The notes: generated by a model not told the origin, from the sequence alone. A stretch of DNA of 53,411 bases from Atribacterota bacterium (GCA_028703475.1 JAQVMU010000003.1:1-53411); one strand, 5' to 3'. Positions 8,612 through 19,034 are shown, counted from the first letter of the stretch. A program made the numbers and translations.

Positions 8612-8903
8612 GTAGTGAAAAATAATTATAATCAGACAACCATCTATAACATTTAATAAATATATAATTAATGAATGTTTACTCAACATTAAAAATATGT
8701 TAAAATTAACAAGTTAATAAGTAGCTGTATAATTGGAATTAGCTGCTTAAATTAATAATATAATAGTTAAAAATATGGAAAAGATAAACTACATTTAAAT
8801 CAATTGTTTTCTTTACTGAAGGGAAATAGTTGATTTTTTATGATTTTTGTTTATAATCAGCATGATAAACATAATTTACAGATAGTAACTTCTGGAGGGA
8901 TAA

Positions 8904-10535
8904 TTGGCTGAATGGTTTGATGTTATAGTCAGAATATCAGGAATATGCCTTGCTGGAATATTAATGATATTCCTGGGCAAGTACGACCAAAAGAAAAAAC
9001 TTTCTCCATGGCTAAAAGTTATCTTGCAGGGAATTATTTCCGTTATAGTTATCCTGGTGGGGGTAAGGATAGAATTTTTAAGGGATTCTTCCGGTAGTTA
9101 CTTGTATCTTGCAAACTTATCCATTCCCTTAACTATAGCGTGGTTGCTGATTATTACAAATTCTGTAGGACAAACCAACGAATTAAGCAGCCTGACACCA
9201 ATTATAGTTTTTATAGCTTCTGTAACCTTTTTGATTGTATCGGTCTTTCAGAGACAGGGTCTGATATTGGCAGAGATATTATCCGTACTGCTGGCAATAT
9301 TTTCTTTGTTTGTTATTTATCTTAAGAAAAAACAACTTAATAATAGTATTGGTTTTTCAAAATATTATATGTTTTTTGGCTTTATGTTAGCCATTATTGC
9401 GATTGTGGGTGTGCTCAAAAGCACAGCTGCACTTACATTATTGACACCATTTTTAATTTTAGGGTTGCCGATAATTGACGCCTCTTATTCATTTTTTTCC
9501 GGGTATTTTAATGATAGTTATTTAGAGGCTATGAATGAAAGTAAAATAATACAGCAGCTTATAAGCCAGGGTTTCTCCCTGAGAGGATCTAAAGCCATAA
9601 TAGTTTTTACAAGTGTTTATTTAAGTATAATCGCAATAGTTATATCAGTTTGGGAAAATGTTTATTTATTTACCGGAATGACTGCCCTCTGGTTTGTAGG
9701 ATTTCATTGGCTAAAAACTCAAGTTGCAAATGGAAATAATATAATTACAGTTGATAATAAAAGGCAAAAAATAGAATTGTTTGATGTACCGATTGACCGC
9801 ATAAATTGTAACCAGGCTATGGAAAGAATTGATAAATTTATTTCAGAAAAAAACCCTTCTTATGTAGTGACACCTGATACCCTGGCTGTTTTACGGGCAC
9901 GGAAAGATAAAAAATATCTCAGCATTACAAAAAAAGCAAGCCTGGTAACTCCTGACGGGTCAGGATTATTATGGGCCACTGCAACGCTGGAAAATCCCCT
10001 GATAGAAAGGATTACCGGCATAGATTTAATAAATAGGATTTGTCAATCTTCTGTGGAGAAAGGATATCGGCTTTTTCTGTTAGGTGCAAAAGAGGATATA
10101 ATAAATAAGGCTGTGGTTAATTTAGAGAAAAAATATCCCGGGATTAATATTGTCGGATTTCATCATGGATATTTTAAGCAAGAAGGATATACGGGCAACC
10201 AATATGAGAAAAATGAAAAAGATATAATAAGAGAGATAAAAGAGAAAAAACCTGACTTTTTGTTAGTGGGATTAGGAGTACCGAAACAGGAAATATGGAT
10301 ATCAAAATATAAAGATTTACTGAACGTTCCAGTGTGTATTGGCATCGGAGGAAGTTTTGATGTTTTATCTGGCAAAATACCCAGAGCTCCCTTATGGATG
10401 CAAAATCACGGTATGGAATGGATTTACAGATTAATAAAAGAACCGAAACGAATTAAAAGAGTGATTGCTTTACCCTATTTTATGTGGTTAATTATCTTAG
10501 GAAAAATTGAATTATATTTTAGAGTAAACGAGTAG
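8904..10535 (+). CDS. Fusion of a degenerate WecA/MraY-like membrane domain with a WecB/TagA/CpsF (WecG) glycosyltransferase
   Basis: C-terminal ~250 aa has PDGSG, ERITGIDL, GFHHGYF, VGLGVPKQE, GIGGSFD and RAP..MQ..G.EW.YRL. N-terminal ~290 aa is polytopic with GT4-like spacing, but the catalytic motifs are altered. TTG start after GGAGG. Confidence 0.85.
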   Translation: MAEWFDVIVRISGICLAGILMIFLGKYDQKKKLSPWLKVILQGIISVIVILVGVRIEFLRDSSGSYLYLANLSIPLTIAWLLIITNSVGQTNELSSLTPIIVFIASVTFLIVSVFQRQGLILAEILSVLLAIFSLFVIYLKKKQLNNSIGFSKYYMFFGFMLAIIAIVGVLKSTAALTLLTPFLILGLPIIDASYSFFSGYFNDSYLEAMNESKIIQQLISQGFSLRGSKAIIVFTSVYLSIIAIVISVWENVYLFTGMTALWFVGFHWLKTQVANGNNIITVDNKRQKIELFDVPIDRINCNQAMERIDKFISEKNPSYVVTPDTLAVLRARKDKKYLSITKKASLVTPDGSGLLWATATLENPLIERITGIDLINRICQSSVEKGYRLFLLGAKEDIINKAVVNLEKKYPGINIVGFHHGYFKQEGYTGNQYEKNEKDIIREIKEKKPDFLLVGLGVPKQEIWISKYKDLLNVPVCIGIGGSFDVLSGKIPRAPLWMQNHGMEWIYRLIKEPKRIKRVIALPYFMWLIILGKIELYFRVNE

Positions 10536-10748
10536 ATATATAGTTTCCATATTTTCTTATTCATTTAAAGACCTAATCTGCATTATTATTATAGAATAAT
10601 AAATCATACCCGAAATTAGTTCAGTGACAATAATCCACCACTATATAGTCTGAAAAAAATAGAGCTTTACATAATTATCGGATTTTAATATTTAATTTGT
10701 GAGTAAATAATGTAATATAAAATATTTTAATATAAGGAATTGTAGATA

Positions 10749-11246
10749 ATGATGTTATTGGTTAAGGCAGGCATAATACTTATAACTATGGCAATAGAAC
10801 TGCTCTTTGCCAGTATTGTAGAAATAGATGTTATAAAACCGGATTTTATACTGATTGTAGTTATTTGCATATCGTTTATATCGGGAGCGGAAGAAGGCAC
10901 TATCTTTGGTTTTGCAGGCGGTTTGCTGAAAGATATATTTTCAGTTCACTTGCTTGGTATTAATGCCCTGACTAAGACATTAATCGGATATGTTGCAGGT
11001 ACTATAAGGGAAAAAATATTTTCACATCATATTATCTGGATAGCTGCAATATCTGCTTTTGTTTTTACAGTAATTAATAATGTAATGACATATTTTTTAC
11101 TGAAATCCCTTTATTCCAACTATAATTTTGATGCCAATTTCAAAAATATTACAATAACTCAAGCTTTAATCAATGCCATTGTTTTGCCGTTATTTTTTAT
11201 CGGGATAAATAAAATATTTTATTATTTTAGGCGAAAGAATAAGTAA
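10749..11246 (+). CDS. mreD: Rod shape-determining protein MreD
   Basis: Hydrophobic 165 aa; KPDFILI and GFAGGLLKD motifs; directly upstream of mrdA. Confidence 0.9.
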   Translation: MMLLVKAGIILITMAIELLFASIVEIDVIKPDFILIVVICISFISGAEEGTIFGFAGGLLKDIFSVHLLGINALTKTLIGYVAGTIREKIFSHHIIWIAAISAFVFTVINNVMTYFLLKSLYSNYNFDANFKNITITQALINAIVLPLFFIGINKIFYYFRRKNK

Positions 11247-11249
11247 ACT

Positions 11250-13046
11250 ATGTTTAAACAGGAAAATAATAAGGTAACAAAAGATCTTACTGTAAAAAGA
11301 CTGGGAAGTCTTTTTACCTTTATAATATTTTGTTTTTCAATATTTTTTATAAACTTATGGTACTTACAAATTATAAAGGGGCAGGAATACCAGCAGAGGG
11401 CAATGAGTAATTGTATCCGTTCTCTGGTTGAAGAGGCACCCAGGGGCGAAATATATGACAAAGAAGGAGTACTATTGATAACAAATCGACCATCGGTTAA
11501 TCTCTCTGTAATTCCGGCAGAAGTAGATGATTATCAACTATTATCAAGTGAGATAAGTACAATTATTCCTGTTGAAGAATCACTGATTGCTGAAAAATTT
11601 CAAAGGACAAAATATAATCCATTTCAATCCCAAACAATTAAAAGAGATCTCGACAAAGAGCAAATTGTTGCTATTGAAGAGCAAAAATATAAATTCAAAG
11701 GAACCATTCTGACAGTACAGCCTGAAAGAAAATATCTTTATGATAGTTTGGCATCTCATATATTGGGGTATGTTAACGAAATAAGTGTAGATGAGTTAAA
11801 GTCTACCGGGTATAGCCATCTTTCTGGAGGAGATATAGTTGGGAAAAGCGGAATCGAGAGATACTATGATTCTTACCTGAGAGGGGAAAAAGGTAACAAG
11901 GAAGTCGAAATAGATGCATTGGGAAGAGAAGTATTAACACTGGAAGAAATTGAGCCAATTGCCGGTAATGATATTTTTTTAACAATTGACAGTCATCTAC
12001 AGGCATTTATTGAAAATATGATTATCGGAGAGAAGAGTGCAATTATAGTAAGTGAAGTACAAACCGGAAAAATATTAGCTATGGTCAGTCAGCCAGGTTA
12101 TAATCCAAATATCTTTACTCAACAAATTTCTGTTGAACAATGGCAGGAAATATCCCAAAGTACCGAAAATATCTTATGTAATCGTAATATTCAAAGTATT
12201 TATCCTCCCGGGTCAATATTTAAATTAGTGACCGCAATTGCTGTTTTGGAAGAGGGGCTTGTTAATTTGAATGAAAAAATATATTGCCCAGGTTACTTTG
12301 AACTGGGAGACTCAAGATTTAAATGCTGGAGAGAAACAGGTCATGGAAACCAGACATTCCTGGAAGCGATCAGTAATTCCTGCAATGTCTTTTTTTATAA
12401 TATGGGACAAAGACTTGGTATAGATAAATTAAGCCAATATGCGGCAATGCTGGGATTGGGAGAAAAAACAGGAATCGATTTACCCGGGGAATTAGAGGGC
12501 TTGCTGCCTTCTCAAGACTGGAAGAAAAGAACGCTAAACCAAATATGGTTTCCAGGGGATACGGTAAATCTTTCTATTGGCCAGGGTTATTTAGTGACCA
12601 CTCCATTTCAAATACATACTATGCTTAGTATTATTGTGAATGACGGTATTAAATACAGACCTTATCATGTAGAAAAAATAATATCTCAATCAGGAGAATT
12701 AGTAGAACAATTTATGCCGGAAATAATGGGAAAAACTGATATATCTGCTGAAACTTTTCAAACAGTTAAAAAAGGTATGAAAATGGTTATTGAGAGTGGG
12801 ACAGGTAAAAATGCTCAAGTTGAAAACATGGAAGTTGCAGGTAAAACAGGTACTGCCCAGAATTCTCATGGTGAAAATCATGCCTGGTTTGTTGGATATG
12901 CTCCTTATCAGGACCCGGAAATATGCATAACAGTATTTGTGGAGCACGGAGGAGATGGCAGCCAGGCCGCTGCTCCTCTTGCACGTGAGATTATTCAGGA
13001 ATATTTTATAAACAAAAATGTTAAAACCCAGGATCAGGTAAATTAA
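11250..13046 (+). CDS. mrdA: Penicillin-binding protein 2
   Basis: N-terminal TM, APRGEIYD; transpeptidase motifs SIFK, SCN, KTGTAQ. Confidence 0.95.
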   Translation: MFKQENNKVTKDLTVKRLGSLFTFIIFCFSIFFINLWYLQIIKGQEYQQRAMSNCIRSLVEEAPRGEIYDKEGVLLITNRPSVNLSVIPAEVDDYQLLSSEISTIIPVEESLIAEKFQRTKYNPFQSQTIKRDLDKEQIVAIEEQKYKFKGTILTVQPERKYLYDSLASHILGYVNEISVDELKSTGYSHLSGGDIVGKSGIERYYDSYLRGEKGNKEVEIDALGREVLTLEEIEPIAGNDIFLTIDSHLQAFIENMIIGEKSAIIVSEVQTGKILAMVSQPGYNPNIFTQQISVEQWQEISQSTENILCNRNIQSIYPPGSIFKLVTAIAVLEEGLVNLNEKIYCPGYFELGDSRFKCWRETGHGNQTFLEAISNSCNVFFYNMGQRLGIDKLSQYAAMLGLGEKTGIDLPGELEGLLPSQDWKKRTLNQIWFPGDTVNLSIGQGYLVTTPFQIHTMLSIIVNDGIKYRPYHVEKIISQSGELVEQFMPEIMGKTDISAETFQTVKKGMKMVIESGTGKNAQVENMEVAGKTGTAQNSHGENHAWFVGYAPYQDPEICITVFVEHGGDGSQAAAPLAREIIQEYFINKNVKTQDQVN

Positions 13047-13077
13047 TTGTTAATAGTAAAGAGGTTTCAAGATAATA

Positions 13078-14223
13078 ATGAATAAAACAGCTTCTTTCTC
13101 AGGATTTGGATGGGCTTCCTTAATGAGAGGCTTTCGCATAATTAAACATATTGATTATACTCTTCTCTTTATTGTCTTGCTTTTGTGTTCAATTGGTTTA
13201 CTGGTTATATACAGCACAACTAATATTCAAATAACCGATATCGGTTCCCCGGTCTTTTTTCATAAACAGTTGTTGTACATTGCTGCAGGCCTGGTGATGT
13301 CAATTTTAATAGCAACCATTGATTACCACGAAGTGGAAAAAATATCTGCACCCTTATATATATTATCAATATTATTATTGATATATGTAATATTTTTTGG
13401 AAGGGTATCAGGTGGAGCTCAGCGCTGGATTGTAATTGCCGGTTTTGACTTTCAGCCAACAGAATTTGCAAAAATTACATTAATAATATTTTTAGCAGAT
13501 TTTTTCAGCAGGCAGAAAGATAAATTGTCTTATCCCGTATATTTTATAGCACCTTTTATATTTACAGGTATCCCGATGCTTCTTATTTTTAAACAGCCTG
13601 ATCTGGGTAGCTCAATGATATTTTTAGGTATATTATTATTTATGATATTTATAGCAGGAATCAGATGGAAGCATATTATTATAATGGCTTTGTTGTTTTT
13701 ATCTTCATTTCCTATTATGTGGTCATTTTTAAAAGATTATCAAAAGAATAGAATAATTTTATTTATAAATCCCAACCTGGACCCATTGGGAGCCGGGTAT
13801 AATGTGATACAATCAAAGGTGGCAATAGGGTCCGGTGGATTATTTGGACAGGGAATTTTTAGCGGGATTCAAAGCCAGTTAAAATTTTTACCTGCTCAAC
13901 ATACTGATTTTGTATTTTCTGTAGTTGGTGAAGAGATGGGGTTTGTTGGAGCGGTAATATTACTGGTATTATTTATATTTTTGATATGGAAGGGTATAAA
14001 GATTGCACAGGAGGCGGTTGATTTTTTGGGAACATTTTTAGCAGCTGGTGTGGTTGCATTCTTTTTTTTACACGTTTTAATAAATGTAGGTATGGCGATG
14101 GGTTTGATGCCTGCAACCGGGTTGCCGTTACCATTTATCAGCCATGGCGGAACCTTCATGATAAGTAATTTTATCGGGATAGGTATCTTGCTGAATGTTC
14201 ATATAAGAAGTATTTATTCCTGA
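13078..14223 (+). CDS. rodA: Rod shape-determining protein RodA (SEDS)
   Basis: GAQRW, FQPTEFAK, QPDLG, GYNVIQS..AIGSGG, HTDFVFS, TGLPLPFISHGG. Confidence 0.95.
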   Translation: MNKTASFSGFGWASLMRGFRIIKHIDYTLLFIVLLLCSIGLLVIYSTTNIQITDIGSPVFFHKQLLYIAAGLVMSILIATIDYHEVEKISAPLYILSILLLIYVIFFGRVSGGAQRWIVIAGFDFQPTEFAKITLIIFLADFFSRQKDKLSYPVYFIAPFIFTGIPMLLIFKQPDLGSSMIFLGILLFMIFIAGIRWKHIIIMALLFLSSFPIMWSFLKDYQKNRIILFINPNLDPLGAGYNVIQSKVAIGSGGLFGQGIFSGIQSQLKFLPAQHTDFVFSVVGEEMGFVGAVILLVLFIFLIWKGIKIAQEAVDFLGTFLAAGVVAFFFLHVLINVGMAMGLMPATGLPLPFISHGGTFMISNFIGIGILLNVHIRSIYS

Positions 14224-14285
14224 TTAGAAATGTATTAAATTTATCTTAATTATTATAAAAGATAAGATATAGAAAGGATTATACG

Positions 14286-16145
14286 CTGAATAGGAAAAAA
14301 GAGAATATAGAGAATATACTTAAGAAAGAAATACTTGGAAATGTAGAAAAACCTGGTAGGTACATTGGTAAAGAGTATAATCAGATTGTTAAAAAAGATA
14401 ATATTGGTACTGTAAAAGTAGCCCTGGCTTTTCCTGATTTATATGAGATAGGAATGAGCTATCTGGGTTTTAAAATTCTTTATGATATTATTAACAAACG
14501 TGAAGATGCCCTGGCAGAGAGGGTTTTTGCACCTGCTGAGGATATGGAAAAACAGATGTTAGAAAATAATATTCCATTATTTTCACAGGAATCTTACAGA
14601 CCATTAAATGAATTTGACATTGTTGGATTCAGCTTACAGCATGAATTATGCTATACAAATGTATTACATATGTTGAATATTGGCAATATACAATTAAAAG
14701 CAGGTAAAAGAAGTGAAGATGAACCTCTTGTAATTGCCGGAGGCCCAGCCACTTTTAACCCTGAACCATTAACAGATTTTATTGATTTATTTGTTATAGG
14801 TGATGGGGAAGATATTATTAATGAGATTATTGCTGTATATAGTTCATGGTCAAAAAAAGGAAAGAAAAGCGGGAAAAAAGGACTTTTACAGGAATTGGGT
14901 AGCATACAGGGTATATATATTCCTTCCTTTTATACAGTTGATTATTATCCTGATGGAACTATTAAATCTTTTTCCTGCAGGAATAAGTATGCAAAAGAAA
15001 AAATAACCAAAAGAATAGTAGCCGACTTGAACTCTGCACCATTTCCAACATCTCCTATTGTGCCAAATATTGATATTGTTCATAACAGAATTACCCTTGA
15101 AGTGTTCCGTGGATGTACCAGGGGTTGCCGATTCTGCCAGGCTGGAATGATATACAGGCCGGTAAGGGAGCGTTCTGAAGAAAATCTTCTGAAGCTGGCT
15201 GAAGAGTCACTGAAAAATACAGGGTATGAAGAAATTTCTTTATCATCATTAAGTTCAAGTGATTATAGCAGGGTTTCCAGTTTAATTAAAGAGTTAGTTG
15301 ACAGGTATGAAGAAAAAGGGGTAGGAGTTTCTCTTCCATCATTGAGAATAGACAGTTTTTCAGTACAGCTGGCAAGAGAGACTCAGCGTGTTAGAAAAAC
15401 CGGACTTACCTTTGCTCCGGAGGTTGGAACTGACAGATTGAGTAATACGGTTAATAAAAATGTAACTGAAAATGATTTATACAATACTGTTCAATATGCT
15501 TTTAATGAAGGGTGGAGAAGGGTTAAGTTATATTTTATGATTGGATTACCTACTGAAACCCGGGATGATATTGACGGAATTATTCAAATGATTAAAAGAG
15601 TGGAAAAAATCGGCAGGAAAACCGTAGGTGCTCGATTTTCTCTAAATGTAAGCATAAATGCTTTTGTGCCAAAGGCTCATACGCCTTTTCAGTGGGTGGG
15701 ACAGGAAAAAGAAGAAATACTGATAGAAAAATTTAATTATATTGGAAAAAAGATTCGTAGTAAAAATATTTCTTATAGTTTCCCTGATACTAAAGAAAGC
15801 CTGCTGGAGGCAGTTTTTGCCAGGGGTGACAGGCGGTTAAACAGGGTAATAGAAGAAGCTTATCAGGCAGGATGTAAATTTGATTCATGGCGGGAATTTT
15901 TTAACTTTGACAAATGGAAAGAGACATTTCAGAAAAATCACCTTGATATTTCTTTTTATGCTAACCGGGAAAGAAAAGAAGAAGAAATAATGCCCTGGGA
16001 TATAATTGATTGCGGGGTATCCAAAGAGTACTTCTGGCTTGAATGGAAAAAGGCTATTGAAGGCAAAACAACCCGGGATTGTCGGACTGCTGATTGTCAA
16101 GGGTGCGGATTACAGAAGATTTGTAAAGAAATTTCGAAGAAATAA
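14286..16145 (+). CDS. B12-binding radical SAM protein (TIGR03960-like); probable CTG start at 14286
   Basis: CTRGCRFC motif, GGP..FNPEP, C-terminal Cys cluster. The conserved N-terminus (VEKPGRYIG.E.N...K...V.LAFPDLYEIGMS) lies in frame upstream of the tracked ATG 14454. RBS AAAGGA is 7 nt before CTG 14286. Confidence 0.85.
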   Translation: MNRKKENIENILKKEILGNVEKPGRYIGKEYNQIVKKDNIGTVKVALAFPDLYEIGMSYLGFKILYDIINKREDALAERVFAPAEDMEKQMLENNIPLFSQESYRPLNEFDIVGFSLQHELCYTNVLHMLNIGNIQLKAGKRSEDEPLVIAGGPATFNPEPLTDFIDLFVIGDGEDIINEIIAVYSSWSKKGKKSGKKGLLQELGSIQGIYIPSFYTVDYYPDGTIKSFSCRNKYAKEKITKRIVADLNSAPFPTSPIVPNIDIVHNRITLEVFRGCTRGCRFCQAGMIYRPVRERSEENLLKLAEESLKNTGYEEISLSSLSSSDYSRVSSLIKELVDRYEEKGVGVSLPSLRIDSFSVQLARETQRVRKTGLTFAPEVGTDRLSNTVNKNVTENDLYNTVQYAFNEGWRRVKLYFMIGLPTETRDDIDGIIQMIKRVEKIGRKTVGARFSLNVSINAFVPKAHTPFQWVGQEKEEILIEKFNYIGKKIRSKNISYSFPDTKESLLEAVFARGDRRLNRVIEEAYQAGCKFDSWREFFNFDKWKETFQKNHLDISFYANRERKEEEIMPWDIIDCGVSKEYFWLEWKKAIEGKTTRDCRTADCQGCGLQKICKEISKK

Positions 16146-16197
16146 AGTAAAATAATGTTGTTAAATACGTTATAATATAAATAAAGAGAGCAAGTAA

Positions 16198-16890
16198 ATG
16201 TCCTATTCGTATCGTTTAAAATATAAAAAGGACGGTCCGCTGAAGTTTATATCACATCTGGATTTAAATACACTATTCAGCAGGACTGTAAGAAGAAGCC
16301 AATTGCCTGTGGAGTTAACACAGGGTTTTAATCCCAGGTATAAAATATCTTTTGGCCCGGCTTTGCCATTAGGATTTGTCGGGTTGCAGGAAGTCCTTGA
16401 TATAAATCTGTTAAATGAATTAGATAAAATTCAAATAAAGGAAAGCATTAATAAATTTGCCCCACAGGGTTTAGAGATTTTAGACATAGAAGCGGTTACA
16501 GAAAATAAAAACACATTGAGTCATATTTTAAGGTATGCTGTTTATCTTATCAAAATAGAATATAATTCAAACAATTACGACAATAAAGAAAGTGAATTAA
16601 CAGAATTGGTCAACTCTAATATTCAATGTTTCGTAAGCCAGGAGAGTATTATTACTGAAAAAAGGACCAAAAAAGGACTAAGGGATGTAGACTTAAAACC
16701 TTATATTGAAGGTATGGAAACAATACCTGTTGATGAGAAAAATTGCTTATTAATTAAATTGATTATTGATATTCAATATAAAGGGAGTATTAATCCGTTA
16801 ATAATCATAAATAAATTTTTCGGAATGTTCAATGAGAAAGAATTGTTTTCTATAAGAGAAGCAACCAGAGAACAGATTATGACTAAATAA
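16198..16890 (+). CDS. Radical SAM-linked protein (TIGR03936 / DUF2344-like)
   Basis: KFISHLD, GFNPR.KISFGPALPLG and RTKKG motifs; canonical partner of the upstream gene. Confidence 0.88.
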   Translation: MSYSYRLKYKKDGPLKFISHLDLNTLFSRTVRRSQLPVELTQGFNPRYKISFGPALPLGFVGLQEVLDINLLNELDKIQIKESINKFAPQGLEILDIEAVTENKNTLSHILRYAVYLIKIEYNSNNYDNKESELTELVNSNIQCFVSQESIITEKRTKKGLRDVDLKPYIEGMETIPVDEKNCLLIKLIIDIQYKGSINPLIIINKFFGMFNEKELFSIREATREQIMTK

Positions 16891-16989
16891 GATATGATAA
16901 ATTAATATAAATGATTTATAGGGATTATTTGTATTTAATATTTATTTTAAGTTTATAAAATTTTAAAATAGGAAGGTGATACATGAAAT

Positions 16990-18492
16990 ATGGAGATTAA
17001 AGGAAAACAAGTTATTATTGATAGTGGATTAAGTGAAGAGCGTGTCGCTATTTTAGAAAATAATAAATTAGTTGAGATACATATAGAAAGACTGGAAGAT
17101 AGGAAAATTATTGGAAATATCTACAAAGGAAAAGTAAAAAATGTCTTGCCGGGAATTGAAGCTGCTTTTATTGATATCGGTATTGATAGAAATGCATTTT
17201 TACACCTGAATGACTTAGAGCAATCTGGTACTACTAATAACGATAAAAAAATTGATGTTAATGAACTAATTAAAGTAGGACAGGAGATAGACGTTCAGGT
17301 GGTAAAGGAAGCCATTGTACCGAAGGGTGCAAGAGTAACAACCGATATCAGTCTGCCGGGACGCTATCTGGTATTAATGCCGAACAATAAAGGAATTGCT
17401 GTTTCCAGAAGGATAGAGCAGGATGAAGAAAAAGATAGATTAAAAAAAATAGTACAGAAAATCAAACATAAGGATTTTGGTTTTATTGTAAGAACAGCGG
17501 GTATTGGTAAGAATGAAGAAGATTTTGCTCCTGATATGGACTTACTGGTACGACTCTGGACCAAAATACAAAAAAGAAGTAAGAAAGCAAAAGCTCCAAT
17601 GCTTTTGCATGAGGATTTAAATCTGACATACAGGGTTATACGGGATCTGTTTACTGAAGATATTGATGAATTTGTGGTTAACACAAAAAAAGATTACCAA
17701 AAAATAGTCAGCTTTCTTGATACTCTGTCACTTCTTGATTTGAAACCGCGTGTTTCCTATTATAATGGTGATAAGCCAATCTTTGAAGAATATAATATAG
17801 AAAAAGAAATAAACCGGGCTTTAGAGAAAAAAGTATGGATAAAATGCGGGGGATATCTGGTCTTTGATGAAGTGGAAGCCCTGACTGTTATTGATGTAAA
17901 TACCGGAAAGTATGTTGGCGGAAAAAAGATGAAAAACACTATATTGAAAACCAACATGCAAGCTGCTGAAGAGATAGCCAGGCAATTACGTCTTAGAGAT
18001 ATCGGGGGAATAATTATCATTGATTTTATTGATATGGATAACAAGGAAGATCAGGAAAAGGTCATGAAAAAGCTGGAGGATGCGCTTAAAAAAGATAAAA
18101 CAAAGACTAATATAGTTCAAACATCTGAATTAGGGCTTGTGGAAATGACTCGCAAACGATCGAAGAGAGATTTGGATTCTTTATTAAGAACTTCCTGCCC
18201 GTATTGTTCCGGTAACGGAAGGGTGTTTTCTATTGAAACAGTAAGTAATCAGGTTATGCATAAACTGGAAGATCTAAGCATTCACTCCAAGGCAGAGGCA
18301 ATTCTATTAGGGGTGCATCCAAAAGTTGAAGAAGAACTTGCTGGTAGCAAAATGATGTTAATAAAACAACTGGAAAAAGATTACCGGAAGTCAATTTATA
18401 TTAAGCCATTAAGTGACTTGCATATTGAAAAAATCAAAGTAATTGCTGTTGGCAGGAAAAAAGAAGTTAAAAAAATTGTAAAGATTTTATAA
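16990..18492 (+). CDS. rng: Ribonuclease G/E family
   Basis: GNIYKGKV.NVLPGIEAAFIDIG, KGARVT, IDVNTG, GGIIIIDFIDM, GLVEMTRKR, CPYCSG. Confidence 0.95.
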   Translation: MEIKGKQVIIDSGLSEERVAILENNKLVEIHIERLEDRKIIGNIYKGKVKNVLPGIEAAFIDIGIDRNAFLHLNDLEQSGTTNNDKKIDVNELIKVGQEIDVQVVKEAIVPKGARVTTDISLPGRYLVLMPNNKGIAVSRRIEQDEEKDRLKKIVQKIKHKDFGFIVRTAGIGKNEEDFAPDMDLLVRLWTKIQKRSKKAKAPMLLHEDLNLTYRVIRDLFTEDIDEFVVNTKKDYQKIVSFLDTLSLLDLKPRVSYYNGDKPIFEEYNIEKEINRALEKKVWIKCGGYLVFDEVEALTVIDVNTGKYVGGKKMKNTILKTNMQAAEEIARQLRLRDIGGIIIIDFIDMDNKEDQEKVMKKLEDALKKDKTKTNIVQTSELGLVEMTRKRSKRDLDSLLRTSCPYCSGNGRVFSIETVSNQVMHKLEDLSIHSKAEAILLGVHPKVEEELAGSKMMLIKQLEKDYRKSIYIKPLSDLHIEKIKVIAVGRKKEVKKIVKIL

Positions 18493-18596
18493 GAGTAAAT
18501 AGTGTTAAAATAATAACTGGTTATGGAAAAATAGATGATTAGCGCTATTAATATTTAGACACATATTTTAACAAATGCAAAAAAAGAAAAAATGAT

Positions 18597-18625
18597 TTGA
18601 CATGTATTATCATATATGATAAATT
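18597..18625 (+). promoter_or_regulatory. Sigma70/SigA promoter of rplU-rpmA
   Basis: TTGACA 18597-18602, 17-bp spacer, TG-n-TAAATT 18617-18625. Confidence 0.6.
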
Positions 18626-18629
18626 TTAT

Positions 18630-18692
18630 AAGCCAACTAACGCACTGAATAGGCTGTAAAAGCTTTTATTATGGCTGCCTATTCAGGCGATT
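18630..18692 (+). ncRNA. L21 leader-like cis-regulatory RNA
   Basis: CGCA before the stem CTGAATAGGC (18645-18654) / GCCTATTCAG (18677-18686), followed by GCGA, directly upstream of the rplU RBS; matches the position and layout of the L21 leader family. Confidence 0.75.
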
Positions 18693-18716
18693 TTTTAAGC
18701 AGGAGGAAAATGCTAA

Positions 18717-19034
18717 ATGCATGCAGTTATCGCAACGGGAGGAAAACAATACATAGTTGAAGAAGGTAATGTTATCAAGGTTGAAAAACTTGAAGCAAAA
18801 GAGGGCGATAAGATAAAGTTTGATCAGGTATTGATGTTAGAGAAAGACGGAGAATACCAGTTTGGTCGGCCATTATTAACTGATAGCTATGTTGAAGGTG
18901 TAGTGTTAAAACAGGGAAGGGCAAAAAAAATAGTAGTATTTAAATATAAACCAAAGAAAAAATACCAGAAAAAAGCAGGGCATCGACAGGCCTTTACCGA
19001 AGTTAAGATTGAAAAAATAAGCGACAGCAAATAG
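18717..19034 (+). CDS. rplU: 50S ribosomal protein L21
   Basis: AVIATGGKQY.V.EG, VFKYKPKK..QKK.GHRQ.FT; RBS AGGAGG. Confidence 0.98.
   Translation: MHAVIATGGKQYIVEEGNVIKVEKLEAKEGDKIKFDQVLMLEKDGEYQFGRPLLTDSYVEGVVLKQGRAKKIVVFKYKPKKKYQKKAGHRQAFTEVKIEKISDSK

Noticed and set aside
10536-10748. mreC pseudogene remnant
   Set aside because: No ORF fragment or MreC-like motif was detectable in any frame by eye.
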